A DNA stretch of 64,000 nt. Origin: a virus. The position numbers and the translations under genes were made by a program. Shown here one piece after another: positions 1 through 9,325 of this stretch (position 1 is the first letter of the stretch; each line of letters begins with the position of its first letter). The stretch lies in the IMG/VR virus record IMGVR_UViG_3300022752_000020, positions 95,921 through 159,920 of that record; one strand, given 5' to 3'. Below the pieces are notes generated by a model. The model saw nothing but the letters and a program-made list of their open reading frames with translations, did no database searches and was not told the origin of the DNA.

Positions 1-149
1 TTAATCCTGTTCAAACAGCCAAATCACGGCATTTAAGTGATCGTCATCCTTGCGGGTAGTGGCTGAGTACTCACTACGGCGGTGAGTTTTCCATCCCTGC
101 GACTCGTGGTCCAGGTATAGGGGCACCTGAAATTGGCCGGTGCCTAGCC
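1..149 (-). ncRNA. Candidate structured non-coding RNA (probably continues past the window start)
   Basis: About 53% GC by hand count in an AT-rich genome, starting right after the GIY-YIG stop. Nested inverted repeats: 122-127/139-144, 96-99/112-115, 69-74/82-87, and 16-21/60-65 enclosing 23-27/37-41 and a CC-GCAA-GG tetraloop. No known family recognised. Confidence 0.5.
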
Positions 150-587
150 TTAACCGTGTAATATTTTGCCTTTGATGTGTTTGCCGTGAACTCTGACCTG
201 AATATGCCCGTTATAATAATCGTCTGATTCTAACACTTTTCTTTCAAACTGTATTTTCGCTTCAACATAACTACATTCTGATTTGCTGGTACAATAATAT
301 AATATTTCTCTTGTGAAATTTTCAGTGCCTAATTTGATAACATCTGCCTTGAGTTCGTCATTTGAGCCATAATAATCTTGCCAATCACTTGATACTTTGC
401 CTCTGATTCGTTTTCTTTTCTTAGTACCATTTTTTAATTTTACTATTTTGTAACTTGTTTTTGCAAACTGAGCTAATTTTTTGCCTATATACATACGGCC
501 TGACTGTGTATTCGTAATAAGATAAACGAAGCCTATATACTCTTCTGGAATTTCTGTAACTAATTGGCCTTGATAAGTCCATGACAT
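150..587 (-). CDS. GIY-YIG family endonuclease
   Basis: GFVYLITN...GRMYIGKK motif, a later YYGS and a conserved Glu helix; ATG at 587. Confidence 0.8.
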   Translation of the reverse strand: MSWTYQGQLVTEIPEEYIGFVYLITNTQSGRMYIGKKLAQFAKTSYKIVKLKNGTKKRKRIRGKVSSDWQDYYGSNDELKADVIKLGTENFTREILYYCTSKSECSYVEAKIQFERKVLESDDYYNGHIQVRVHGKHIKGKILHG

Positions 588-619
588 CAATTATATATTC
601 CATTACGGTGCCTTTATAA

Positions 620-1576
620 TTATTTTACGCTATCCATCACAGCTAAAACATATTCAGCTAGTGTTCTAGTTGTGCAATGTTTTTGAAAATGTTCAAAAAT
701 TTTATTTTCTAAATCATGATATTCCTTGTGTCCCTGTTCTGTAGCATAGTATCTCATTTTATCATCATATATACCACGCATACTAACAGCCTCTTTGATT
801 AAGCCTTTGGGTAAAGTTTTACATACTTCAGGAGGACAACCATCTATGTCAGTGAAATATGGCAAGCATCTACAGGCCATTATTTCATAATGACGCATAC
901 AGTCCCATCCTGCTTTTTTATAGGTTAATCCAAACAAACTTTCTCTATATCCATCATAATAATCTTGTTCTGTTTTATATGGGTATACATAGTCTCGATA
1001 TTTTTTTCCTAATGGTTTAGGCTTCATTTTTGCCTGTGCTCTAGTTTTTGGTAGAGATGTTTGAATTTTTTCTTCAGGAAAAGCAAAACTTATAGGATAC
1101 ATTGTTTTATTACGAAAATTTCCATACAGTTCTCTTTTAAAATATGTACCATAATCAAAAGCTTCATCAACAAAATAAGCTACTTCATCATGACCCTCTA
1201 TTACTGCTATTTGTTTTTTATCGTAATATTTTATAACTTCTTTTACCAAAGGATGTATTTCGGCCACATACATACTTGTTCTAGCACTGACATAGGGTAA
1301 TATAATATAATCAAAATAATTTTTTTTAACTTTCTCTAATATATCATTTTCTTCATAAGGTCCACGATAAACAGGCAAAGTTCCAAAAATAGTAAACCCC
1401 ATACCATAAATTCTAGCTTTTTTAATATTTTCAAAAGTATCCATATACATAAAGTCAGTTTTAGGATAGTTTGTTAGTTCAATATTAGGCAAAAAATATA
1501 GCCCATGTAATACCATATCAGGCAAATAATCAGTGACAGCTCTTCCTAAAAAAAGTATTTTAGTTTTTTCTTTCAT
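620..1576 (-). CDS. Putative glycosyltransferase (GT-B-like)
   Basis: C-terminal KKAGWDCMRHYEIMACRCLPYF resembles the GT-B nucleotide-sugar binding segment. Confidence 0.55.
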   Translation of the reverse strand: MKEKTKILFLGRAVTDYLPDMVLHGLYFLPNIELTNYPKTDFMYMDTFENIKKARIYGMGFTIFGTLPVYRGPYEENDILEKVKKNYFDYIILPYVSARTSMYVAEIHPLVKEVIKYYDKKQIAVIEGHDEVAYFVDEAFDYGTYFKRELYGNFRNKTMYPISFAFPEEKIQTSLPKTRAQAKMKPKPLGKKYRDYVYPYKTEQDYYDGYRESLFGLTYKKAGWDCMRHYEIMACRCLPYFTDIDGCPPEVCKTLPKGLIKEAVSMRGIYDDKMRYYATEQGHKEYHDLENKIFEHFQKHCTTRTLAEYVLAVMDSVK

Positions 1577-1802
1577 TTTTTTGTTTTTTCCTTTCTGCTT
1601 TTTCTCTATCTATTTGATAACGCCATTGCATGATTACTTCACGACGTTCTATAGCAATATGCCTAATTTCACTGAGCCATTTTCTTGTTTTCAACCCTGC
1701 TCTTCGTGTGCCTTTATCAATCCATTCTTGATTGGCCTTGTAATATTGCCTAAATGCATCCATTAAACGATCATGGAGTTCTTCATCACGTGGAGGTTTC
1801 AA
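1560..1802 (-). CDS. Small basic protein, Hc1/histone-H1-like
   Basis: 80 aa, basic; KGTRRAGLKTRKWLSEIR resembles the KGNKAAGTRARK..L motif; coupled to its neighbours. Confidence 0.45.
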   Translation of the reverse strand: MKPPRDEELHDRLMDAFRQYYKANQEWIDKGTRRAGLKTRKWLSEIRHIAIERREVIMQWRYQIDREKAERKKQKNERKN

Positions 1803-3571
1803 TCCCTAATCTCCAAGTCATTGGCATAACTGGTATATCCATTTTCTTTAATAACTTTTAATACATTATTTACACGACCAACTAGTTCATCCTTATGACT
1901 GATCAAATATATATTCTTATTACGTTCTCTGGCCATTTTCTTTAATACTGCTAGAGCACTTTCTACCCCACTGGCATCCAAACCATTGTCAATAAGTTCG
2001 TCAATAAACAACAGATTAATATTCTGATATAGGCTTTCCCATACATCTCTAAATGCCCAACTTAACCCTAAAATTAATCTATTACGTTCACCTCTACTTA
2101 AATTGTCAAAGTCTAAATCTTGTCCTAATTGAGTAATTTCTACATTAAGATCATTTAAAAAACTAACTTGATGAGGTAGTCCCATACGATCCAAATAATA
2201 ACTCAACCTATTATTCAAGTAGGCCAAGTTTTGATCAATGATCTTTTTACGAATAAAACTATCCTTACTGGTCAATAACTTAAGTAAAAATTCCTGATGT
2301 TCTTTTAAACTGTTAAGCTCATTGATTTGATCCCAACTGATTTCCTGCATGGCAGTACTACGCAATTCGTCTATCTGTTCTTGATAAGGATCCCGTTCTT
2401 CACTACGATTCAATAAGGTCTTTTCCAGTGTAGTAAGATTATTTTGATGTTTTAATGCTTGTTCCACAGTGTCATAAAATGTTTGAGGTCTGCCATTTAT
2501 GTTGCCAATCTCATCTAATTCTGCTACCACATTAATTAATTTAAAATCTACATTGTTAAGATAAGTTTGTGCCTCATCTAAATTCTTTTTAGCCTCAGCT
2601 ATCAAATCATCATGTATATGCCCTGGCAAGTTTTGATCACATTTGGAACATTTATTATTGGCTAACTTTTCTAATTCAACAGTATAATTTTTAACACTAC
2701 GTTCAGCCTGATTAACAGCAGTTTCTAATGTGGCCTTTTCCTTATTCAAACTATTAATACGAGCACTCTGTTCCAGATAATTTTTTAATTTATCATGTTG
2801 TTCTAGTTCTTGTTCAATATCGATACTCTGTAGTTCTAAAATACTTTTAGCAATCTTTTCTAAATCTTGCTCTTGTTGACTGAGCCAAGCACGTTGTTTA
2901 GAATGTAGACTGTTTATACTTTGTTCAATACGTTCATTGCTGCGTTTGGCTGCTTCAATGTTAGCAGATTCTTGCTGTATAGCATCTTTAGTTTCTTTTA
3001 TTTGATTTTTTAAACTTTCACTTTTATCACTGAGCAAGGTAATACCCAGTAACTGCTCAATGATCATACGTTGATCCGCAGCCCTCATGCTTAGAAATGG
3101 CTCTGTGTATGTGTTCAATGCCACAATATGCTTAAACATATCATGGCTCATACCCAATAGTTCATCTAAATCTTTCTGTGTTTCTCTTACATCACCTTGA
3201 CTTTCATCAATGACTTCTTGTTCTAAGCCATTGACAAAAAATTTAAACACATTAGGCCTACGTCCACGCTCAATGCGATATTCAACACCATTCTTTTCAA
3301 AGTTTAACTTGACCAACATGGCTTTGCCATTAGTCTTATTGACCAAGTTATCTTTCTTAATGTTGGTTAATGCTTGGCCGTAGAGCGCATAACTTAGAGC
3401 ATTGACGATTGTGGTTTTCCCGGTACCATTACGGCTTCCTGAATCATCACCTCCTTGATCTAAATTTTCGCCTAATACTAAAGTTAATTGCTCTCGGCCG
3501 AAGTCGACGGCTTGGGTATTATTACCCACGCTCATAAAATTCTTAACACTAAGATCCTGTATCTTAATCAT
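1799..3571 (-). CDS. SbcC/Rad50-like recombination ATPase (gp46-like)
   Basis: Walker A NGTGKTT, coiled coil with CSKC zinc hook, signature LSRGE, Walker B LLFIDE, ISH. Confidence 0.93.
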   Translation of the reverse strand: MIKIQDLSVKNFMSVGNNTQAVDFGREQLTLVLGENLDQGGDDSGSRNGTGKTTIVNALSYALYGQALTNIKKDNLVNKTNGKAMLVKLNFEKNGVEYRIERGRRPNVFKFFVNGLEQEVIDESQGDVRETQKDLDELLGMSHDMFKHIVALNTYTEPFLSMRAADQRMIIEQLLGITLLSDKSESLKNQIKETKDAIQQESANIEAAKRSNERIEQSINSLHSKQRAWLSQQEQDLEKIAKSILELQSIDIEQELEQHDKLKNYLEQSARINSLNKEKATLETAVNQAERSVKNYTVELEKLANNKCSKCDQNLPGHIHDDLIAEAKKNLDEAQTYLNNVDFKLINVVAELDEIGNINGRPQTFYDTVEQALKHQNNLTTLEKTLLNRSEERDPYQEQIDELRSTAMQEISWDQINELNSLKEHQEFLLKLLTSKDSFIRKKIIDQNLAYLNNRLSYYLDRMGLPHQVSFLNDLNVEITQLGQDLDFDNLSRGERNRLILGLSWAFRDVWESLYQNINLLFIDELIDNGLDASGVESALAVLKKMARERNKNIYLISHKDELVGRVNNVLKVIKENGYTSYANDLEIRD

Positions 3572-4578
3572 AAATTGTTATAAATGTCCATTAATAGTTT
3601 AACATTGTAGGTATCACTCTCTACACTGGTCAGTTGATTCATTACAATTTGATCTACACTTTCAAATTGTTTAATTTCCAAATCACTATCGAATTCAATC
3701 TCACGTTTTTCAGGTATCAAGGTTAACTCCCTAATTTCGTATTTGTTAAAAAATTCTTCTTTAATATGACCACTTTCTTCATAACTGATATCTACATCTA
3801 ATAATACTCTTAGGTGTTGTTTAGGTTTTATTATACGCTCTTGTTCATCTATAAGTTGAGTCAATTTGATAGTTCTGAATGTAGGTTGAGCAGGCCAAGC
3901 GTGATATTCTGGATCACCTCCCCATTCTAAAATCATCATGCCTCGGTCATCATCCCAAGCATCCGCATAGTTATGTGGAAATGCGTTGCCAATATAGTGC
4001 ATGTTCTGTTTATTTTGGCGTTTATGAAAATGTCCACTCAACCCAAGTTCATATTTTTTAAATTGAGCCAGTTGTATCTCACCGTGATCAGGCATCTGTA
4101 CCATGGCATTCATATAAAAACTAGGCAGTTCAAAATGACCAAATATATAACGGGCATCTTTCTTGCCCACAGTTTTCCACTCTTCACCTACAAGCCAAGG
4201 ACACATAATAACTTCGCCTAATGTCATAGGCTGATGCACTACTGTGATCCCTGGTATATATTTGCCAAACTCTACACTATGGATATCTCGTTTATCTTTA
4301 TAATAGAGATCATGATTACCAGGAAAGAAAAAGAACTGGTCAAATGCCCTGCCCAGTTTTTCCAAAGCTCTAAGACTATAATCCATAGTAACAATATTAA
4401 GACTGTTTCGGTTATGATGCCAATCACCCAAAAAGAATCCGGTATCACATCCATTCTTTTTAGCAGTGGCAATAAACCAATCTACAAAATCTTCACAGTC
4501 TTGATTATGTGTTTGGCTATTTGATTTTAGACCAAAGTGTATGTCTGTAAAAAATGCTGCCTTTTTGAATAAGCTCAT
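3568..4578 (-). CDS. SbcD/Mre11-like nuclease (gp47-like)
   Basis: Metallophosphoesterase motifs TDIHFG, LGDW, GNHD, GHFH; adjacent to SbcC. Confidence 0.93.
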   Translation of the reverse strand: MSLFKKAAFFTDIHFGLKSNSQTHNQDCEDFVDWFIATAKKNGCDTGFFLGDWHHNRNSLNIVTMDYSLRALEKLGRAFDQFFFFPGNHDLYYKDKRDIHSVEFGKYIPGITVVHQPMTLGEVIMCPWLVGEEWKTVGKKDARYIFGHFELPSFYMNAMVQMPDHGEIQLAQFKKYELGLSGHFHKRQNKQNMHYIGNAFPHNYADAWDDDRGMMILEWGGDPEYHAWPAQPTFRTIKLTQLIDEQERIIKPKQHLRVLLDVDISYEESGHIKEEFFNKYEIRELTLIPEKREIEFDSDLEIKQFESVDQIVMNQLTSVESDTYNVKLLMDIYNNL

Positions 4579-5396
4579 TCCTCTTCTCTCTCAAATCTAC
4601 GTAGGCTAGCGGCGTGTTCAGCATTACTAGTTCTAGTATAACTTGGGGCCATATCATTCATTTCTAGTATATCATCCCTAATATTTTGATTACGTTTTTC
4701 AATATTGATTATCCGTACAAAACTGTTAGTAACAGCAGCAGTAAAATAAGCAAATGGATTATTCGATTTAGCTTCATTAAATTGTAGTCCTACTTGTGTG
4801 AGTTGCAGTATAGCCTGTGCCCTCATTTCATCGTTATAGGTATAGCCACGCACATTACCACGGGTAGCATAACGTTCGCATAGTTTGATATACATACGGG
4901 CCAATGTGTTGGTTATTTGTCCATGATCCTTACTGAACTTGCCACTTTTTACACCACCTCTCCAATGACTTTTCCCTACGCATATGAGTTCGTCATTTTC
5001 ATCAAACTTCCAATGTTGGAAAGGTGGAAAATTTACTCGATCGTGACTATCTGCTTCAGTTTTTTGATTTTTCTTACGTGTTTTGTTCACAGGGATATGA
5101 TCATAAGTCATGATCCTAAAAACCAAGTCTCCTTTGGCTATTTTTTTATAATCAATTTCACAGTCAGCCATTTTGACCTTTTCACCTGCTTCTTTTAGTC
5201 TAGCATATTCTTGGTCACCCATACGTTTGGCACGGTTTCTTTTAGCTTCTGCTATGGTTCTTATGTTAATTTTGTCCAAGCTGGGTAAAATAATATCGTA
5301 TTGATTATATTCTGGCTTAGAATAACTGCTATAAGTGTTTTTACTTTTGTGTATTTCTTCTAACAAATCTTTGTTATTAAGATAATTTACAGTCAT
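4575..5396 (-). CDS. Late-transcription sigma factor (gp55-like)
   Basis: N-terminal YLNNKDLL, GYTYNDEM and NPFAYFT motifs; gp55-47-46 gene order as in T4-like phages. Confidence 0.8.
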   Translation of the reverse strand: MTVNYLNNKDLLEEIHKSKNTYSSYSKPEYNQYDIILPSLDKINIRTIAEAKRNRAKRMGDQEYARLKEAGEKVKMADCEIDYKKIAKGDLVFRIMTYDHIPVNKTRKKNQKTEADSHDRVNFPPFQHWKFDENDELICVGKSHWRGGVKSGKFSKDHGQITNTLARMYIKLCERYATRGNVRGYTYNDEMRAQAILQLTQVGLQFNEAKSNNPFAYFTAAVTNSFVRIINIEKRNQNIRDDILEMNDMAPSYTRTSNAEHAASLRRFEREEE

Positions 5397-5418
5397 TTGT
5401 AATAATTCTCCTCATGTT

Positions 5419-5447
5419 ATTATAAACTACGCACATTTGAAAGTCAA
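5419..5447 (-). promoter_or_regulatory. Sigma70-type promoter for the gp55/47/46 operon
   Basis: TTGACT (5447-5442), 17 bp, TATAAT (5424-5419). Confidence 0.7.
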
Positions 5448-5454
5448 ATAAATA
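5447..5454 (+). promoter_or_regulatory. T4-like late promoter box (AATAAATA)
   Basis: Variant of TATAAATA just upstream of the baseplate operon; the same box recurs before other structural genes. Confidence 0.6.
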
Positions 5455-5473
5455 TTTGCCAAAGGGGAATAAA

Positions 5474-6502
5474 ATGAGTCTAATTTCAAATATTGCCAGT
5501 GCTGCTGTGGGTGCTGCTGTAGGTAACCTAGCTAGTGGGTTAGCAGGTGGCCTAGCTGGTGCAGCAAATAGTCTTGTAGGTGGCCTAGCTGGTGCAGGTA
5601 ATAACTTAATGAGTGCTCTAAGAAGTAAAAATATACCCATTAATGCAGAAAATTTTATTCCCAAGGAAGTTACAACAGCGCAAATTGGTTCAGATGGCGA
5701 TCCAAAAGATTGGAGAGTCCGTCTTAGTTTTCCCTCCAGTGTGGCTCCATATCAAGACTCTCCATTATTTACTCCTTTACGAGAGGCTGGCGGCTTAATT
5801 TTTCCCTACACTCCAACAATAAGTATCAGTAGTCAAGCTAACTACACTGAGACTCCTATAACACATAATAATTTCCATTTTACAAGTTTTTCCAGTAGTC
5901 GTGTTAGTGAAATCAGTATCAGTGGTGATTTTTATGTTGAGGATGCTGTTCAAGGACAGTATTGGTTAGCATGTATACATTTTTTGCGTAGTGTAACTAA
6001 AATGTTCACCGGTGGTGTTGGCCTAAGTGGCAATCCTCCTGTTATTTTATATTTTAACGCCTATGGAGATTATGTATTCAAAGATGTTCCTGTGGTAGTA
6101 AGAAGCTTTAGCATGACCTTGCCCAAAGAAGTAGATTATATAACTACCAACATGACAAATCCCAAGCAGGGATCAGCAGGTGGTTTTGCTGATCCTACCA
6201 GCAGTTTAGCAGATACAGCCAGTCAAATGGCAGGGTTGGCCAGTGCATTTGGAGCTACTAAGGCTGCTAATGCTCTAAGAACAGTCAGCAATGTGTCAAA
6301 TGTCCTAGGCGGATTAACCAGTCTAGCAAATAAAACACTAGCACCCAGTAACGAAGGTAAAGCCGGTGCAGATGATAGCCATGTGCCAACTCAAAGTAGT
6401 TTAAATATAAGTCTTATACCCATTTACAGTAGAAATAGAATTAGAAAATTCAACTTAGAAGATTTTATCAAAGGAACATATGTAAAGGATGGGTTCATTT
6501 AA
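5474..6502 (+). CDS. Baseplate/tail-tube cap protein (gp48-like)
   Basis: First gene of the baseplate block; LIFPYTP and GNPPVILYFNAYG motifs; ATG at 5474 after an AAGGGG RBS. Confidence 0.55.
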   Translation: MSLISNIASAAVGAAVGNLASGLAGGLAGAANSLVGGLAGAGNNLMSALRSKNIPINAENFIPKEVTTAQIGSDGDPKDWRVRLSFPSSVAPYQDSPLFTPLREAGGLIFPYTPTISISSQANYTETPITHNNFHFTSFSSSRVSEISISGDFYVEDAVQGQYWLACIHFLRSVTKMFTGGVGLSGNPPVILYFNAYGDYVFKDVPVVVRSFSMTLPKEVDYITTNMTNPKQGSAGGFADPTSSLADTASQMAGLASAFGATKAANALRTVSNVSNVLGGLTSLANKTLAPSNEGKAGADDSHVPTQSSLNISLIPIYSRNRIRKFNLEDFIKGTYVKDGFI

Positions 6503-6804
6503 TGGTAGCGAAATATAATTCAACTAGTCCTTGGCAAAATACCAAGATAACAAAAAATTATTTAGATATATTGACCATTAGGCCTGTAAGTGCTGAAAGT
6601 GATGATTTTCTTTATACTATAGAAAGTCAATATGCTCTAAGACCAGATCTATTGGCCTACGATCTATATGGTAGTCATAATCTATGGTGGGTGTTTACAC
6701 AGCGTAATTTAGACGTACTACAAGATCCTATATTTGATTTTGTTCCAGGAGTACAAATATACCTACCAAAAAAGAGTAGTTTATTTAAGGTGTTAGGAAA
6801 CTGA
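6502..6804 (+). CDS. Baseplate wedge protein (gp53-like, LysM-like)
   Basis: RPDLLAYDLYG..LWWVF motif. Confidence 0.75.
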   Translation: MVAKYNSTSPWQNTKITKNYLDILTIRPVSAESDDFLYTIESQYALRPDLLAYDLYGSHNLWWVFTQRNLDVLQDPIFDFVPGVQIYLPKKSSLFKVLGN

Positions 6805-6805
6805 T

Positions 6806-9325
6806 ATGAGCATTTTAAAAAATGCTGTAAAGGCTACTATAGCTACAGCAGCAGTAGGTGCAGTGGCTAACCAACTTAAAAATGTAAATCCTGTAAGTGA
6901 TTTAAAAAATGCTGTATCTACGCTATCAGGTGGTTTAGATAAACTAAAAGCAGGACTAAGTCTTGATGCTAGTCAATTAGTAAACAAAATAGCAGGGCAA
7001 GTACCAACAGCATTTGATGTAGGTGAAGTTGGCGGGTTCTTCAAAGTCCCAACTCGTAAAATTAGTATTGATCTCAAAAACGAAAATATTGTAGAAACAA
7101 ATATTAAAAAACTACCTTTGTCTAATGTATTACGAAACTATGCCAGTGTTAACTATGTTTGGACTCTAAGTGTACTCAGTCCTTTTGCCTGTAATTTTCC
7201 AGATGAAACTTATAAAAAAGGTGAGTTAGGTGATATTATTCTTCGCAGTGGTGGTGGAGATCCAGAAAATAGAGTAAGTTTAAAAAACTATGGTTATACA
7301 GGTGAAGCTAGAATGGATCATAATCCTGATGGTAAATTTGATTTTTATATAGACAACCTTAAAATTCAAAGTGTTATAGGTTTAGATCAAAATACCAAAA
7401 ATACAAATGCTAGTACTCTACAATTCAAAGTATTTGAACCCTACAGTATAGGATTATTTTTTCAAAGTTTACAAATGGCAGCTGCTAATAATGGTTATGA
7501 AAACTGGATCATTATGCCTGTGCTACTTACTTTAGAGTTTAAAGGGCATTATGGTCCAGATCAACAAATGGTGGACAGTGCCGTAACTAAAAGACATTTT
7601 CCAATCAAAATTACCAATATAGATTTAAGAGTTACAGATAAAGGTAGTGAATATGAATGTCAAGCTGTGGCATGGAATGACGAAGCATATAGCGACACCA
7701 TAAGTAGAACAAGAGTTGATCTACAATTGCAAGGAAAAACTGTACAGGAAATGTTGCAAAGTGGTCCCTACAGTGTACAAAGTATTGTTAATGATCAATT
7801 ATTAGAACAAGCTATAAAAAATAAAGTTCCTATAGCAGATCGTATTGTTATATTATTTCCTACAGATACCAGTAGTAAAAGGAATAGTGATACCACAGAC
7901 GATACTAGTAGTCCAAAAAGTGCCACTGCCAATCCAAATGTTAAAAAACAAAATGTATTCAAAAAACTAGGATTAGAAATAGCCAACGATGGATACAACT
8001 ATGTGCAGAAAGACAATGTAAACAATGTTGGAACAGCTTCAATGGGATTTACTGATCGTAAAAAAGCAGAGGGTGTATTTGGTAAGGACGGTGCAATTTG
8101 GGACGAAAAGAAGCAAGTATTTACAAGAGGTAAAATCGAATTAAGTACTACCACTGGCAAAGCAGAATTTAAACAAGGTAGTATGATACCTAACATAATC
8201 ATTGAAATAATAACCAGCAGTAATTATGGAATTGAAGCATTGCAACCTAGTAATATTGTAAAAGGTAAAGTTAATTGGTTCAAAATAGACAGCCAAAGCT
8301 ATATAATAGATACTGATGCCAACATACCAAAAACAGGACGTATGCCCATGGTCACAGTATTTAGAATTATACCTTTTCAGGTTGATAAGTCTAGATTTCA
8401 GAGTGCTGGAGCTGCTCCAGAACATGCCCCAGAAGTGGTCAAAACCAGCCTAAAACAATATGATTATTATTACACAGGAGAAAATACAGAAATTTTAGAT
8501 TTTCAAGTTAAATTTGCCACTACATTTTATAAAGCTACCACTGCTGATAGTGGTATTAATAACGAAGATGCTAGACAACGTGATAAAAATGCACCAGTAG
8601 CCACACCCACTAGTCCAGTGATCACTAATGGTAAGGTTACCAATTTTAGACGTAAAGAAGATGGTAGTATATACGATGCAACTGATGAATATAAACAAGG
8701 CAAACATGGCAATACAAATATAGGTGACGCTGCTACTAAGGTATTAGTACAAGCAGATCAGTTAAAACCTAAGCGTAATGGGGGAGGAGTGACTGTACAG
8801 GATACAGGTACATTGATAGCTAAACAATTCAATGATGCTATAAACAGTGCTGGTGATATGATCACTGTTAATATGAAAATTCTAGGAGATCCATTCTTTT
8901 TAGGTGATAGTGGATTTGGAAATTATACTGCTCAAGGTACTGAAAATCCTGCCATCACCGCCGACGGTACTATAAATCAACAACGTGGTGAAGTTTTTAT
9001 AACAGTAAATTTTAAAAATCCTACAGATATCAATGGTAATTTATACAAATTTCCTGGGCCTAATACAGTTAATACAATAAGTGGTTTATATAGAGTGAAT
9101 ACATTAGAAAGTTATTTTGACAGAGGCATGTTTACACAGAATTTAGATTTATGTAGAATGCCAAATCTAGACAGTGCCCCAACTGATGCTGCATTAGGTG
9201 AATTAGGTATAAACACTGCCCTACAAAGCCAAACAGTGTCACCAGCAGCACCTGATATATTGACTGGCCCGCCACCTCCTTCTGACGCTGATCTAACAGT
9301 TTATCCAGATGACGGAGTTATCTAA
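6806..9325 (+). CDS. Baseplate hub protein (gp27-like)
   Basis: Lies between the gp53-like and gp5-like genes; C-terminal ILGDP...SGLYRV...F.Q.L hub-type motifs. Confidence 0.55.
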   Translation: MSILKNAVKATIATAAVGAVANQLKNVNPVSDLKNAVSTLSGGLDKLKAGLSLDASQLVNKIAGQVPTAFDVGEVGGFFKVPTRKISIDLKNENIVETNIKKLPLSNVLRNYASVNYVWTLSVLSPFACNFPDETYKKGELGDIILRSGGGDPENRVSLKNYGYTGEARMDHNPDGKFDFYIDNLKIQSVIGLDQNTKNTNASTLQFKVFEPYSIGLFFQSLQMAAANNGYENWIIMPVLLTLEFKGHYGPDQQMVDSAVTKRHFPIKITNIDLRVTDKGSEYECQAVAWNDEAYSDTISRTRVDLQLQGKTVQEMLQSGPYSVQSIVNDQLLEQAIKNKVPIADRIVILFPTDTSSKRNSDTTDDTSSPKSATANPNVKKQNVFKKLGLEIANDGYNYVQKDNVNNVGTASMGFTDRKKAEGVFGKDGAIWDEKKQVFTRGKIELSTTTGKAEFKQGSMIPNIIIEIITSSNYGIEALQPSNIVKGKVNWFKIDSQSYIIDTDANIPKTGRMPMVTVFRIIPFQVDKSRFQSAGAAPEHAPEVVKTSLKQYDYYYTGENTEILDFQVKFATTFYKATTADSGINNEDARQRDKNAPVATPTSPVITNGKVTNFRRKEDGSIYDATDEYKQGKHGNTNIGDAATKVLVQADQLKPKRNGGGVTVQDTGTLIAKQFNDAINSAGDMITVNMKILGDPFFLGDSGFGNYTAQGTENPAITADGTINQQRGEVFITVNFKNPTDINGNLYKFPGPNTVNTISGLYRVNTLESYFDRGMFTQNLDLCRMPNLDSAPTDAALGELGINTALQSQTVSPAAPDILTGPPPPSDADLTVYPDDGVI

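Noticed and set aside
5545-5597. Exact 20-nt direct repeat AGGTGGCCTAGCTGGTGCAG
   Set aside because: In-frame duplication within a Gly/Ala low-complexity segment; no sign of a regulatory or mobile role.
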